Shown: positions 9,297 to 17,988 of the stretch, piece by piece
How positions within the stretch are numbered: the first letter of the stretch is position 1
Layout: each line of letters starts with the position of its first letter
IMG/VR virus record: IMGVR_UViG_3300038974_000152
Coordinates: 1 to 34,400 of that record
DNA from: a virus
Taxonomy: Duplodnaviria > Caudoviricetes
Length of the DNA stretch: 34,400 nucleotides
Strand: one strand, 5' to 3'
Position numbers and translations under genes: made by a program
Notes under the pieces: generated by a model
What the model saw: the letters and a program-made list of their open reading frames with translations, nothing else
What the model was told of the DNA's origin: nothing
Databases searched by the model: none

Positions 9297-9359
9297 ACTT
9301 ATCACCTCCATAAGAAACAGGCGGCAGGGGTTCTGTTCCTGCCGCCCGGTGCGCATTGT

Positions 9360-9545
9360 TTATTTCTCCGGCTGTTTTGCCGCCTGGCGCTTTTTCTCCC
9401 TGCGCTTCTTGAACTTTGTCCAGCACCAGTGCAGGAACTCGGAGATCCAGTATGCGATGCCGCTGATGGCAAGCCCGTACAGGATAAAGAAGACCGCAAT
9501 CACGTCCACTTGCTTTGCAAACTCATAAAGCTCTGTCATATCCAT
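9360..9545 (-). CDS. Small predicted single-pass membrane protein
   Basis: 61 aa, hydrophobic VIAVFFILYGLAISGIAYWI then a basic tail; GAGG RBS. Confidence 0.65.
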   Translation of the reverse strand: MDMTELYEFAKQVDVIAVFFILYGLAISGIAYWISEFLHWCWTKFKKRREKKRQAAKQPEK

Positions 9546-9604
9546 TTACCTCGCATTTTCTTTGAATGGGCGGGCGGCAGCGGTGACTGCCGCCCAGTGT
9601 TGTC

Positions 9605-10168
9605 TCAGGAAAGATAATCGTCATCGTCCTCGGTGGAAAAATCATCCTCGGCACGGCTCTTGCCGCCCAGCGGCTCCCCATCGGAGATCTTCTGCAGGTT
9701 GTTCAGCCCGCAGGCGATGCCCCGGTTGCCATTGGAGTTAAAGGCATACAGGTTAATGCTGGCCCTGCCGTACACGCCGGAGTACACCTCGGAACGCTCC
9801 AGGATGGGGTTCAGGTCCGCATCCACAATGCCGGGTGCGGTGGCAGAGTTGGCGTTAATGAAGTACGCATCCGCATAGACCGGATCATCGGGACGCTCCA
9901 CATCACCGTCACGCAGCGGGGTCTTGATGACCGAAAGGGCGGGGACGGTCTTGCCGTTGCCCTTCAGCTTGGACTCGCCCTCCTCATAGGCCGCCTGGAT
10001 TGCCGCCTTGATGGCTTCCACGGTCTTCTTGTCGGACTTCGGGATAATCAGGCTGACGCTGTACTTGGGCGTGCCGCCGTTGATGCTCTTGGGGTCCCAG
10101 ACATTCGCATAGCTCCAGCGGGTTCTGGGGCCGGTAATTACCTTCGTCTTATTTACGATCTTTGCCAT
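9605..10168 (-). CDS. DUF2815 family, T7 gp2.5-like ssDNA-binding protein
   Basis: RWSYANVWDPK, KYSVSLIIPK, PLRDGD, YSGVYGRAS, GLNNLQK; acidic C-terminal tail. Confidence 0.88.
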   Translation of the reverse strand: MAKIVNKTKVITGPRTRWSYANVWDPKSINGGTPKYSVSLIIPKSDKKTVEAIKAAIQAAYEEGESKLKGNGKTVPALSVIKTPLRDGDVERPDDPVYADAYFINANSATAPGIVDADLNPILERSEVYSGVYGRASINLYAFNSNGNRGIACGLNNLQKISDGEPLGGKSRAEDDFSTEDDDDYLS

Positions 10169-11309
10169 AGTTGTTGTCCTCCTCATTTTCTTTGAAATCG
10201 TTAATGGCTGTGTTCATGGCCGGGCGCTTATCGCTCTCCGGCACAAGTACGGGTTTGCCGGGCGGTTTGTAGACAAGGCCGCCGAGCAGCTCTTCAAACT
10301 TCTTCCGGCCGAGGGTCTGACTCATGGCCGTGATGCCAAGCAGTCTCTTCTCATAAGGCTCGTAGCCGGCATCCTCCACCGCTTTGGCGACTGCAGCCTC
10401 ATCGGTGTACTTCCGGTTGGAACGGCCCTCGACCACTTTGAATCCTGTGAACTTCGTCCCGGAGAGGGCTTTCTGCAGGGCATAGTCCTTGATGTCTCCA
10501 GCCCAGGAGACCAGCTCGTCCGCTTTGGTAAGAATAGCGGCGACCTCATCATCTCCCAGGAGCGCGGGCATCTCGAAGTCATACTGCGCCAGTTCCAGGT
10601 TGTATTCCGCCCGCTTGCGGCAGTTGACCTTTGCCTTGCAGAACTGGCAGTGGTCGCCGGCTTTGAACTCACCCTTGCCCTCGTATGCCAGCTTTGCGGC
10701 AGGGGCAAGCACGGTCTCTGCCCAGGACAGGAGTTCTTCCCGGCTCATGGTGTATGTGCTGACGTTCTCCCGGCGGGGCTGGTAGATGGTCAGGCTGACC
10801 TGCGCGATATCGTAAATGCCATCGAACAGGTCGAGGGCGCCCAGTGCGTAACAGGAAAGCTGGCTGTTCTTCTCCGCCGACACCAGGACGCCAAGCCCGT
10901 GCTTGTAGTCAATGATGTGGAGAAGCCCGTCCGAGACGATGACACAGTCCCCGGTGCCGAAGCTGCCCTCGATCCCTACATAGCGGGAATAGTCGAGCCG
11001 CTGTTCCACAAGTACCAGCGGGTCGGCGCAGCGTTCCCTGGCCTTTGCCACTTCCTCCATTACGAAGGCGCAGTATCCATCGGCGCAGTCCTCCATCTCC
11101 TGGGAGTAGTAGGTCAGGTTCTCCGTGGGGTCCTTCACCCTGCGGCCGAGGGCTTTTTCTACCTTATAGGCGCACAGCTCATGGCAGTCGGTCCCCTCCT
11201 GGGCGTATTCGCTGGGCTTGTCCGCATACTCCTCGCAGAGCCGTGCCGATGGCGGGCAGTTGATCCACCTGTGGCTTGCGGAGGCGGAAAGGAAGGAATG
11301 CTTACCCAT
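10149..11309 (-). CDS. DUF2800 family PD-(D/E)xK, Cas4/AddB-like nuclease
   Basis: LSASASHRWINCPPS, FGTGDC..IIDYKHG, QL..YALG, HCQFCKAKVNC. Confidence 0.88.
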   Translation of the reverse strand: MGKHSFLSASASHRWINCPPSARLCEEYADKPSEYAQEGTDCHELCAYKVEKALGRRVKDPTENLTYYSQEMEDCADGYCAFVMEEVAKARERCADPLVLVEQRLDYSRYVGIEGSFGTGDCVIVSDGLLHIIDYKHGLGVLVSAEKNSQLSCYALGALDLFDGIYDIAQVSLTIYQPRRENVSTYTMSREELLSWAETVLAPAAKLAYEGKGEFKAGDHCQFCKAKVNCRKRAEYNLELAQYDFEMPALLGDDEVAAILTKADELVSWAGDIKDYALQKALSGTKFTGFKVVEGRSNRKYTDEAAVAKAVEDAGYEPYEKRLLGITAMSQTLGRKKFEELLGGLVYKPPGKPVLVPESDKRPAMNTAINDFKENEEDNNYGKDRK

Positions 11310-11631
11310 CGTTTCCCGCCTCCGGCTTTCCGAGCGCATCCGCTTCCTTCAGAAGCCCTTCAAATTTAGAAGGGTCAATGTCCGACAGCTTCCTCGCTCC
11401 ATACTTCGTGATGAGGGCTTTCACCTCTGCCGAGTACCCTGCCTGGGCGATCACCGTCATGCGGTGGCGCACCTCCTCGAGGGTGAGTGCTTTCGGATTC
11501 TCCTTCGGCGGCGCATCCTCCGCCGCCTGGGAAGAAAACATCCCCGCCAGCGTATTGGCGATTCCGATGATGGTTTCCCCGCAGGAGCGCAGCTCCTTAA
11601 TCTGTAAGTCCAGGTCGCTCATTTTCCCCAT
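11302..11631 (-). CDS. Conserved phage replication-module protein of unknown function
   Basis: LTLEEVR...VKALITKYGARKLSDIDP pattern typical of genes preceding DUF2800; GGAGGA RBS. Confidence 0.75.
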   Translation of the reverse strand: MGKMSDLDLQIKELRSCGETIIGIANTLAGMFSSQAAEDAPPKENPKALTLEEVRHRMTVIAQAGYSAEVKALITKYGARKLSDIDPSKFEGLLKEADALGKPEAGNDG

Positions 11632-11767
11632 CCGGCGTTCCTCCTTCCTGATTTGCCGTCTGCAGCTTTCTGGCGAGACGCTTCGCGATCACGCTGATGG
11701 CGATCAGCACATCAGCGAGTTCCTCGTCAAGCTGCCTGTCTCTGGTTGTCTCTGTGTTTTCCTGCAT
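11597..11767 (-). CDS. 56-aa protein, first gene of the leftward operon (below the ORF-track cutoff)
   Basis: Hand translation MQENTETTRDRQLDEELADVLIAISVIAKRLARKL...TD*; GGAGGTG RBS. Confidence 0.7.
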   Translation of the reverse strand: MQENTETTRDRQLDEELADVLIAISVIAKRLARKLQTANQEGGTPDGENERPGLTD

Positions 11768-11786
11768 CCGCAGCACCTCCGTTTCC

Positions 11787-12029
11787 GAGCGGCTTTCCTG
11801 CCCCTCTGTCTCTGAAAGGACAGAACCGGGATTTTTCAGCGGAGAAAAATTTTGCCGTCCCTGTGCCTCTCACTTCTGAAAGGACAAGGACGGCAGTTTT
11901 TAGCGGTACTTTTAGCGGAAAATCTGACAGCGGCAGTTCGCACTTAATAGGAAACGAAAAAAGTCCGGGCACCCACCGCTGAAACGGAGGGTTTCTGTCC
12001 TTTCACAGTTAGAGAGGTGTAAGCCGCTC
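11787..12029. promoter_or_regulatory. Divergent control region with three copies of CCGCT-N15-TGTCCTTTCA..AGAGG
   Basis: Minus-strand copies 11803-11842 and 11866-11906; plus-strand copy 11976-12017; identical 15-nt spacing. Confidence 0.75.
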
Positions 12030-12058
12030 AATTTTCAGAGAAAGGACGGAAACAGACT

Positions 12059-12298
12059 ATGGGAACAGCGAAATCAAAAGGCCTGCCGCACTGCTCTGCA
12101 CACAGGGACTGCTTTGCCAATAGGGACGGTGTGTGCGTCTGCCTGGGTGACAATGACTTCCACGGGAAGGACTGCCCGTTTTTTAAGACCACGGCGCAGT
12201 GTGACGCAGACAGGCAGAAAAGTTACGAGCGGCTGGTCAGCATCGGACGGGACGATCTGATCGAGCGGTATCAAGTGAGGGGTGTGTATGGGAGTTAG
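12059..12298 (+). CDS. Small Cys-rich hypothetical protein
   Basis: 79 aa with C..DCFA...C.CL...CPFFK; AAAGGA RBS. Confidence 0.7.
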   Translation: MGTAKSKGLPHCSAHRDCFANRDGVCVCLGDNDFHGKDCPFFKTTAQCDADRQKSYERLVSIGRDDLIERYQVRGVYGS

Positions 12299-12707
12299 TA
12301 AATATAACAGTGAAGGCTACTATGACCCAACGGCCTATGAAGCCCTCACGAAGGTTACTCAGGAGGAAAAGGCGGCGAGATACCGGCCGCTGGTGTATAT
12401 CTGCTCCCCGTACTCCGGGGACACAGAGAGCAATACCGAAAAAGCAAGGCGGTACAGCCGCTTTGCCGCAGACGCTGGCACGATCCCCATTGCGCCGCAT
12501 CTGCTGTTCCCGCAGTTCTTATCGGAAGAAACGGAACGGGAGCTGGCGATCTTTATGGATCTGGTGCTGCTGGGCAAGTGTGAGCAGCTCTGGGTGTTCG
12601 GCGGCGAGGTGTCCGATGGGATGCGCCGGGAGATCGGAAAGGCGAAACAGAAAAATATGACGATCCGTTATTTTACGGAGGATATGGAGGAAACGGAATG
12701 CAGATGA
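12288..12707 (+). CDS. DUF4406-like / nucleoside deoxyribosyltransferase-fold phage protein
   Basis: YNSEGYYDPTAYEAL, LVYICSPYSGD, PIAPHLLFPQFL, CEQLWVFG..SDGM..EI. Confidence 0.75.
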   Translation: MGVSKYNSEGYYDPTAYEALTKVTQEEKAARYRPLVYICSPYSGDTESNTEKARRYSRFAADAGTIPIAPHLLFPQFLSEETERELAIFMDLVLLGKCEQLWVFGGEVSDGMRREIGKAKQKNMTIRYFTEDMEETECR

Positions 12708-14935
12708 CGATTTATGACGCCGTGACGGTGGGGAGCCGGTCAAACTGCGTGTATCCGAATTCCGTGACGGTCACGGATGCGGACACCATGCGGCAGGCGG
12801 CGGCCTTCGACCATGTGTGCGCGGCATATAAGCAGAACTACCGCAGCGTAGACAATTTCCTAAAAGCGGACTGTCTGCCGATGGACTGTGATAACGACCA
12901 CTCGGACGATCCGGACGACTGGCTCACGCCCTTTGACGTGGCGATGGACTTTCCGGGCGTGGGGATGATCTTTGTCTACAGCAGGAGCCACATGAAGCAG
13001 AAAGGAAAACGCGGCCCCAGGCCCCGGTTCCATGTGTATTTTATCTGTACGGAGACAACAAATTCAGAGATTTACAGCTCATGGAAAGACAGATTGATTG
13101 CCGATTACCCTTATTTCGATGATGGGGCCAAGGACAGCGCCCGGTTCCTGTTTGGGGTAAAGAACGCGGTGGTCGAGGTGTATGACGGCGAGATTACCAT
13201 TGATGAGTTTCTGGAGGACCGCTTTGCAGAGTGGGACGCGGCGCAGGGGCAGATCCCGGAGGGTTCCCGGAACAAGACCATGTCCCATTACGCCGGACGG
13301 ATCATCAAGCGGCTGGGGAATACGGAGGAAGCCCATAAGCAGTTTCTGAAAGAAGCGGAAAAATGCAGCCCGCCGCTGGATGATGCGGAGCTTGCGGGTA
13401 TCTGGGCCAGCGCCGTGAAGTTCGGTGCGAAGGTAGCCGCCCAGGAGGGATATATCCCGCCGGAGCAGTATAACCAGGACTTCCTTCTCATGCCGGAGGA
13501 TTTTTCAGATGTAGGCCAGGCCATTGTGCTGTCAAGGGAGTACATGAATCGGCTCCGCTTCTCCCCGGCTACGGACTACATCGTGTTCAACGGCTCGTTC
13601 TGGGAAGAATCCCAGCCTAACGCCCAGGGCATTGCCCAGGAGCTGACCGCAAGACAGCTTGAGGAAGCGGAAACAGAGATACAGCGGTGTATGAAGGAGA
13701 TGTCGGAAAACGGCGCGTGGGCCATGCTCGCCGCGATGGGCGCCAAGAAAGCGATGGCGGCGTTCAGCGAAGCCCAGCGGCGCTCCTTTGAAAAGTATGA
13801 GCGGGCGGAAACCTATCGGAAGTACGCCATCAAGCGCCGGGATACGAAATACATCTCGGCGGCGTTAAAGGAGGCCCGCCCGATGATCCAGATCGAGCAG
13901 CATGTCCTGGACGCGGATGAGTTTTTACTGAACCTGCCGTCCGGCACCTGCGATCTGAGGACGGGGGCTGTTCGGGAACACAACGCCCAGGACTATATCA
14001 CGAAGCAGACGGCGGTGGACCCGTCCGGGGATGGCATGGATGTCTGGGAGGACGCCCTCCAAACCTTCTTCCAGGGGGACGCCGACCTGATCCGCTATGT
14101 GCAGGAGATCGTGGGGCTTGCCGCTATCGGCAAGGTCTACATTGAAGCGTTGGTCATTGCCTATGGCGAGGGCAGGAACGGCAAGTCCACCTTCTGGAAC
14201 ACTATCGCCCGTGTGCTTGGCACCTACTCCGGCAATATGTCCGCAGACACCCTGACCGTGGGCTGCAAGCGCAACGTGAAGCCGGAACTGGCGGAAGCCA
14301 AGGGCAAGCGGATGATCATTGCCGCCGAGCTTGAGGAAGGGATGCGCCTGAACACCTCCAACGTTAAGCAGCTCTGCTCCACGGATGAGATCTATGCGGA
14401 GAAAAAGTACAAGGCGCCGTTCTCCTATGTCCCCACCCACACGCTGGTGCTGTACACCAACCATCTGCCAAGGGTCGGGGCCATTGACCAGGGTACCTGG
14501 CGGCGGCTCATCGTGATCCCCTTCAACGCCAAGATTGAGGGCAAGGCTGACATCAAGAACTATTCGGACTTCCTGTTCAAAACGGCGGGCGGCGCTGTGC
14601 TTTCGTGGATCATCGAGGGCGCAAAGCGCGTCATTGCCAGCGATTACAAAATCGTCCAGCCCAAGGTAGTGCAGGACGCCATCCAGAAATACAAGGAGAA
14701 CAATGACTGGCTGGCCCATTTCCTGGATGACTGCTGTGAGGTAGGGGACGATTTTGAAGCAAAATCCGGGGAGTTTTATAACGCCTACAGGAGCTACTGT
14801 CTGCAGATGGGCGAATACACCCGGAGTACGACTGATTTCTACTCCGCGCTGGAATCCACGGGAGTGGTGAGAAAACGTACCCGCACAGGCGTGATCATTT
14901 ACGGGCTTAAACTCAAATCGGAGTTTGAGGGTTAA
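12698..14935 (+). CDS. P4-family primase / D5-like SF3 helicase
   Basis: N-terminal DCDNDH and RFHVYF primase motifs; EGSRN..PPL PriCT; Walker A GEGRNGKST; TNHLP, WRRLIVIPF. Confidence 0.92.
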   Translation: MQMTIYDAVTVGSRSNCVYPNSVTVTDADTMRQAAAFDHVCAAYKQNYRSVDNFLKADCLPMDCDNDHSDDPDDWLTPFDVAMDFPGVGMIFVYSRSHMKQKGKRGPRPRFHVYFICTETTNSEIYSSWKDRLIADYPYFDDGAKDSARFLFGVKNAVVEVYDGEITIDEFLEDRFAEWDAAQGQIPEGSRNKTMSHYAGRIIKRLGNTEEAHKQFLKEAEKCSPPLDDAELAGIWASAVKFGAKVAAQEGYIPPEQYNQDFLLMPEDFSDVGQAIVLSREYMNRLRFSPATDYIVFNGSFWEESQPNAQGIAQELTARQLEEAETEIQRCMKEMSENGAWAMLAAMGAKKAMAAFSEAQRRSFEKYERAETYRKYAIKRRDTKYISAALKEARPMIQIEQHVLDADEFLLNLPSGTCDLRTGAVREHNAQDYITKQTAVDPSGDGMDVWEDALQTFFQGDADLIRYVQEIVGLAAIGKVYIEALVIAYGEGRNGKSTFWNTIARVLGTYSGNMSADTLTVGCKRNVKPELAEAKGKRMIIAAELEEGMRLNTSNVKQLCSTDEIYAEKKYKAPFSYVPTHTLVLYTNHLPRVGAIDQGTWRRLIVIPFNAKIEGKADIKNYSDFLFKTAGGAVLSWIIEGAKRVIASDYKIVQPKVVQDAIQKYKENNDWLAHFLDDCCEVGDDFEAKSGEFYNAYRSYCLQMGEYTRSTTDFYSALESTGVVRKRTRTGVIIYGLKLKSEFEG

Positions 14936-14939
14936 CAGG

Positions 14940-15037
14940 TGTGTAGGTCATGTACCTCTCTGCCAGAGTTGCTCTAAGGAGATAAAAAAACAATATATAA
15001 GAGAGAATCGGGGGAAGAGGTACATGACCGTCACACA
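14940..15037. repeat. 14-bp inverted repeat flanking an AT-rich core (candidate replication origin)
   Basis: ggtcatgtacctct (14946-14959) / agaggtacatgacc (15016-15029), extended by tgtgt/cacaca; core ataaaaaaacaatatataa. Confidence 0.7.
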
Positions 15038-15056
15038 GAAAAAACGGAGGTTGAAA

Positions 15057-15293
15057 ATGCTTTTTTACACATGGATGATAAAAACCTACTTAAAGGACAA
15101 TTCCACCAAGGGGCTTCTTGCCAGGAGCATGAAAGCAGAAGGAAACGGATTCCCTAAAAGGCGGCGCTTAAAAACGCTGGTCGGGTATCTTGAGTCTCGC
15201 GGCGCAAGCCAAGAAGTCATGGATGCCCTTGTGGCGTGTTGGGAGGAATATGAAAACCATGAGAGAGAAAGCCATCGAACAAAAGCTGGTTAA
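15057..15293 (+). CDS. YozE/SAM-like small protein
   Basis: FYTWM....L...G.LA..M....FP...YL.....AL..CWEEY pattern; GGAGG RBS before ATG 15057. Confidence 0.6.
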   Translation: MLFYTWMIKTYLKDNSTKGLLARSMKAEGNGFPKRRRLKTLVGYLESRGASQEVMDALVACWEEYENHERESHRTKAG

Positions 15294-15546
15294 AGCGGTC
15301 AGGGCGAAAGGCGGGATTGCGCCGAAGTTCGTGTCGCCGGGATTTTCCGGGGTTCCCGACCGCCTTATCCTATTGCCGGATGGGAAATGCGGCTTCGTGG
15401 AAGTAAAGGCCTCTGGCGGGAAACCACGGCCGCTGCAGGAGTCAAGGATACGCCTTTTACGGCGGCTGGGGTTTCTGGCATTCGTCCTGGATGACGAGAG
15501 CCAGATCCCGCACATTATTTCAGAGATTGGAGGTGATGCCGAATGA
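15259..15546 (+). CDS. VRR-NUC domain nuclease
   Basis: REKAIEQKLV, KFVSPGFSGVPDRL, FVEVKA..GKPRPLQ. Confidence 0.9.
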   Translation: MREKAIEQKLVKAVRAKGGIAPKFVSPGFSGVPDRLILLPDGKCGFVEVKASGGKPRPLQESRIRLLRRLGFLAFVLDDESQIPHIISEIGGDAE

Positions 15547-16906
15547 AGTTCATACCACATGATTATCAGCAATATGCTATCGAGTATATCGAAAGCCATA
15601 CCGTTGCTGCAGTCTTGTTAGATATGGGCTTAGGTTGAGCAAGACGGCAATCACGCTGACGGCGTTGTACGACCTGCTGTTCGACTACTTCGAGATTACC
15701 CGCGTTCTGGTAATCGCGCCGCTGCGGGTGGCGAGGAATACCTGGCCCCAGGAGATTGAAAAGTGGGACCATCTGAAAGATGTCCGCTATTCCGTGGCGG
15801 TCGGCACGGAAAAAGAGCGGCTGGATGCATTCCGCAGGGATGCGGATATCTACATCATCAACCGGGAGAATGTCCAATGGATGGTGGAGAATGTCCCCTT
15901 TGAATTTGACGCCATCGTGGTGGACGAGCTTTCGTCCTTCAAGAACTGGAACAGCAAGCGGTTCAAATCGCTGATGAAGGTGCGCCCCAGGGCAAAGCGC
16001 GTCATTGGCCTTACGGGTACCCCGTCCGGGAACGGGCTGATGGACCTGTTCGCCGAGTTTAAGGTGCTGGATATGGGACAGCGATTGGGGCGGTTTATCA
16101 CCAAGTACCGCCAGGACTATTTTCGGCCGGATCGGATGAACGGTCAGGTGGTGTATTCCTATAAGCCTCTGCCGGGAGCAGAGAAACGGATCTATGACAA
16201 GATCTCCGATATTACCATCTCCATGAAAGCCGCCGACCACCTCAAGATGCCGGAACTTGTAAACAGCGAGTACCGGGTGTACATGGAGGAGTCGGAACGA
16301 GCCATTTATGATGAGATGTGCGAAGATCTGGTGGCACAGCTTGACAAGGGCGAGGTGACGGCGGCAAATGCCGGAGTGCTGTCCGGAAAACTCTGCCAGA
16401 TGGCAAATGGGGCGGTCTATACGGATGACGGGGATGTGGAATATATCCACGACCAGAAACTGGACGCCCTGGAGGACATCATCGAGAGCATGAATGGAAA
16501 GCCCCTGCTGGTGGCCTACTGGTACCAGCACGACCTTGACCGCATCGAGGATCGGCTGCGGATGCGGAAAATCGGCTTTGCAAGGCTGGACTCTAACGCC
16601 AGCATCGCAAAGTGGAACCGGGGAGAACTTCCTGTGGCGCTGATCCATCCCGCTTCTGCCGGTCACGGGCTGAACCTTCAGAGCGGCGGCTCCACCCTCT
16701 GCTGGTTTGGCCTCACCTGGAGCCTGGAACTGTACCAGCAGACGGTGGCGCGGCTTTACCGGCAGGGGCAGGCGTCCAAGACCGTGGTCATACCGCACAT
16801 CATCACGGACGGCACCATTGATGAGCGCATTATGAAAGCCCTGCAGTATAAGGACAGGACACAGTCGGCGCTGATCGATGCGGTCCGGGCAAACCTAAGA
16901 AAATGA
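15543..16906 (+). pseudogene. SNF2-family helicase interrupted in Walker A (15543-15638 plus 15635-16906)
   Basis: MKFIPHDYQ...LDMGLG* then (L)SKTAITL in the -1 frame; DELS, LTGTP, GHGLNLQ, RLYRQGQ intact downstream; pseudogene status uncertain. Confidence 0.75.
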
Positions 16907-16960
16907 GAGTCAATCAAGGCAAATCCGAGGGAAGAAATTTCTTTTTCGGAGGTAGTGCCT

Positions 16961-17386
16961 ATGAACAAGCAGCAGACGGAAATGAAGGAGTACCTTTCCC
17001 AGGCGTTCCGCATTGACCAGCGGATACAGAGCAAGATGGAGCAGGTGGCGTCACTGAATGACCTCGCCACACGGGCAACCGCGACCTATTCGGATATGCC
17101 CGGAAGTGAGACGAGGAACCTCCACCGCATGGAGGACGCCATCCTTTCCATCATTGAGCTGGAAGCAGAGATCAATGGGGACATCTGCAAACTGGTGCAG
17201 ACGAAAAAAGACATCGTCCATAAAATCAAGGCTGTCCAGAACACGGAGTACCAGACCCTTCTGGAGCTGCGGTATCTGTGTTTCAAGTCCTGGGAGCAGA
17301 TCGCCGTGGACATGGGATATGAACTTCGGTGGCTGTACCGTCTCCATCACAGGGCGTTGGACGCCGTCTCTGAAATAAGCCACTAA
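16961..17386 (+). CDS. Late transcription activator (ArpU/RinA/DUF1492-like)
   Basis: KEYLSQA..ID..I, LLELRYL...WEQIAVDMGY...YRLH..AL HTH; last gene before the packaging module. Confidence 0.8.
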   Translation: MNKQQTEMKEYLSQAFRIDQRIQSKMEQVASLNDLATRATATYSDMPGSETRNLHRMEDAILSIIELEAEINGDICKLVQTKKDIVHKIKAVQNTEYQTLLELRYLCFKSWEQIAVDMGYELRWLYRLHHRALDAVSEISH

Positions 17387-17422
17387 AAGCCACTGCAATG
17401 CACCTTGTCCCTGTGATATAGT
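17377..17422 (+). promoter_or_regulatory. Putative activator-dependent late promoter
   Basis: aagccact at 17377 and 17387, aatgcacc at 17397 (10-bp period); TGn-TATAGT at 17414-17422; no canonical -35. Confidence 0.6.
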
Positions 17423-17450
17423 TAGAATCAGAAAAACAGGACAAGGAACG

Positions 17451-17484
17451 AGCCTTGCGGGAGCAATCCTGCAGGGCTTTTCTT
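17451..17484 (+). terminator. Terminator-like hairpin in the late leader
   Basis: agccttgcggga-GCAA-tcctgcagggct followed by tttctt. Confidence 0.6.
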
Positions 17485-17507
17485 ATGCCCTGAAGGGAGA
17501 TGAAACG

Positions 17508-17855
17508 ATGCCGAAGAAACCCAAACGCCCATGCTCCTACCCCTGCTGTCCCAACCTCACGGATGGGCAGTACTGCAAGGAGCATGAAGCAGCCGCCCGC
17601 AGGCAGTACAACAAGTACGAACGCGCCCCGGACATAAATAAGAAATACGGCAGAGCCTGGAAGCGAATCCGTGACCGCTACGCTGCGGCGCATCCTCTCT
17701 GCGAGATGTGTCTTAAGGAAGGACGGCTGACACCCGTGGATGAGGTACACCACATCGTTCCTATCTCTCAGGGCGGTACTCATGCAAGGGACAATCTGAT
17801 GAGCCTTTGCCGTTCCTGCCACACCAAGATCCACCACGACCTTGGCGACCGGTAG
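17508..17855 (+). CDS. Terminase-associated HNH endonuclease
   Basis: PKRPCSYPCCP, HPLCEMC, EVHHIVP..GGTH..NLMSLCRSCH; directly upstream of terS. Confidence 0.9.
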   Translation: MPKKPKRPCSYPCCPNLTDGQYCKEHEAAARRQYNKYERAPDINKKYGRAWKRIRDRYAAAHPLCEMCLKEGRLTPVDEVHHIVPISQGGTHARDNLMSLCRSCHTKIHHDLGDR

Positions 17856-17988
17856 GGCGGTCAAAATCTCTGCGGGTTCTGTATGCGGGCAGCGGCCTGG
17901 GGCTTCGTGCGCGAAAAAGGCGAAATCAAAAGGGTAATTAAGGGCGGCCGGCTGCGGCTGCTTATTTTTTGAGGAAAGGGGTGAGAAA

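Noticed and set aside
10149-11309. Cas4-like nuclease as a sign of CRISPR-Cas
   Set aside because: No repeat-spacer array or other cas genes; it sits in a standard phage replication module.
6755-11975. Actively invertible (phase-variable) segment
   Set aside because: Only a 5-6 bp match between the ends and no recombinase in the window.
11787-12029. Repeats as a mini CRISPR array
   Set aside because: Copies are degenerate, bipartite and on both strands.
17856-17960. Exact cos site between HNH and terS
   Set aside because: The position fits HNH-associated cos phages, but the cut site cannot be determined without virion end sequencing.
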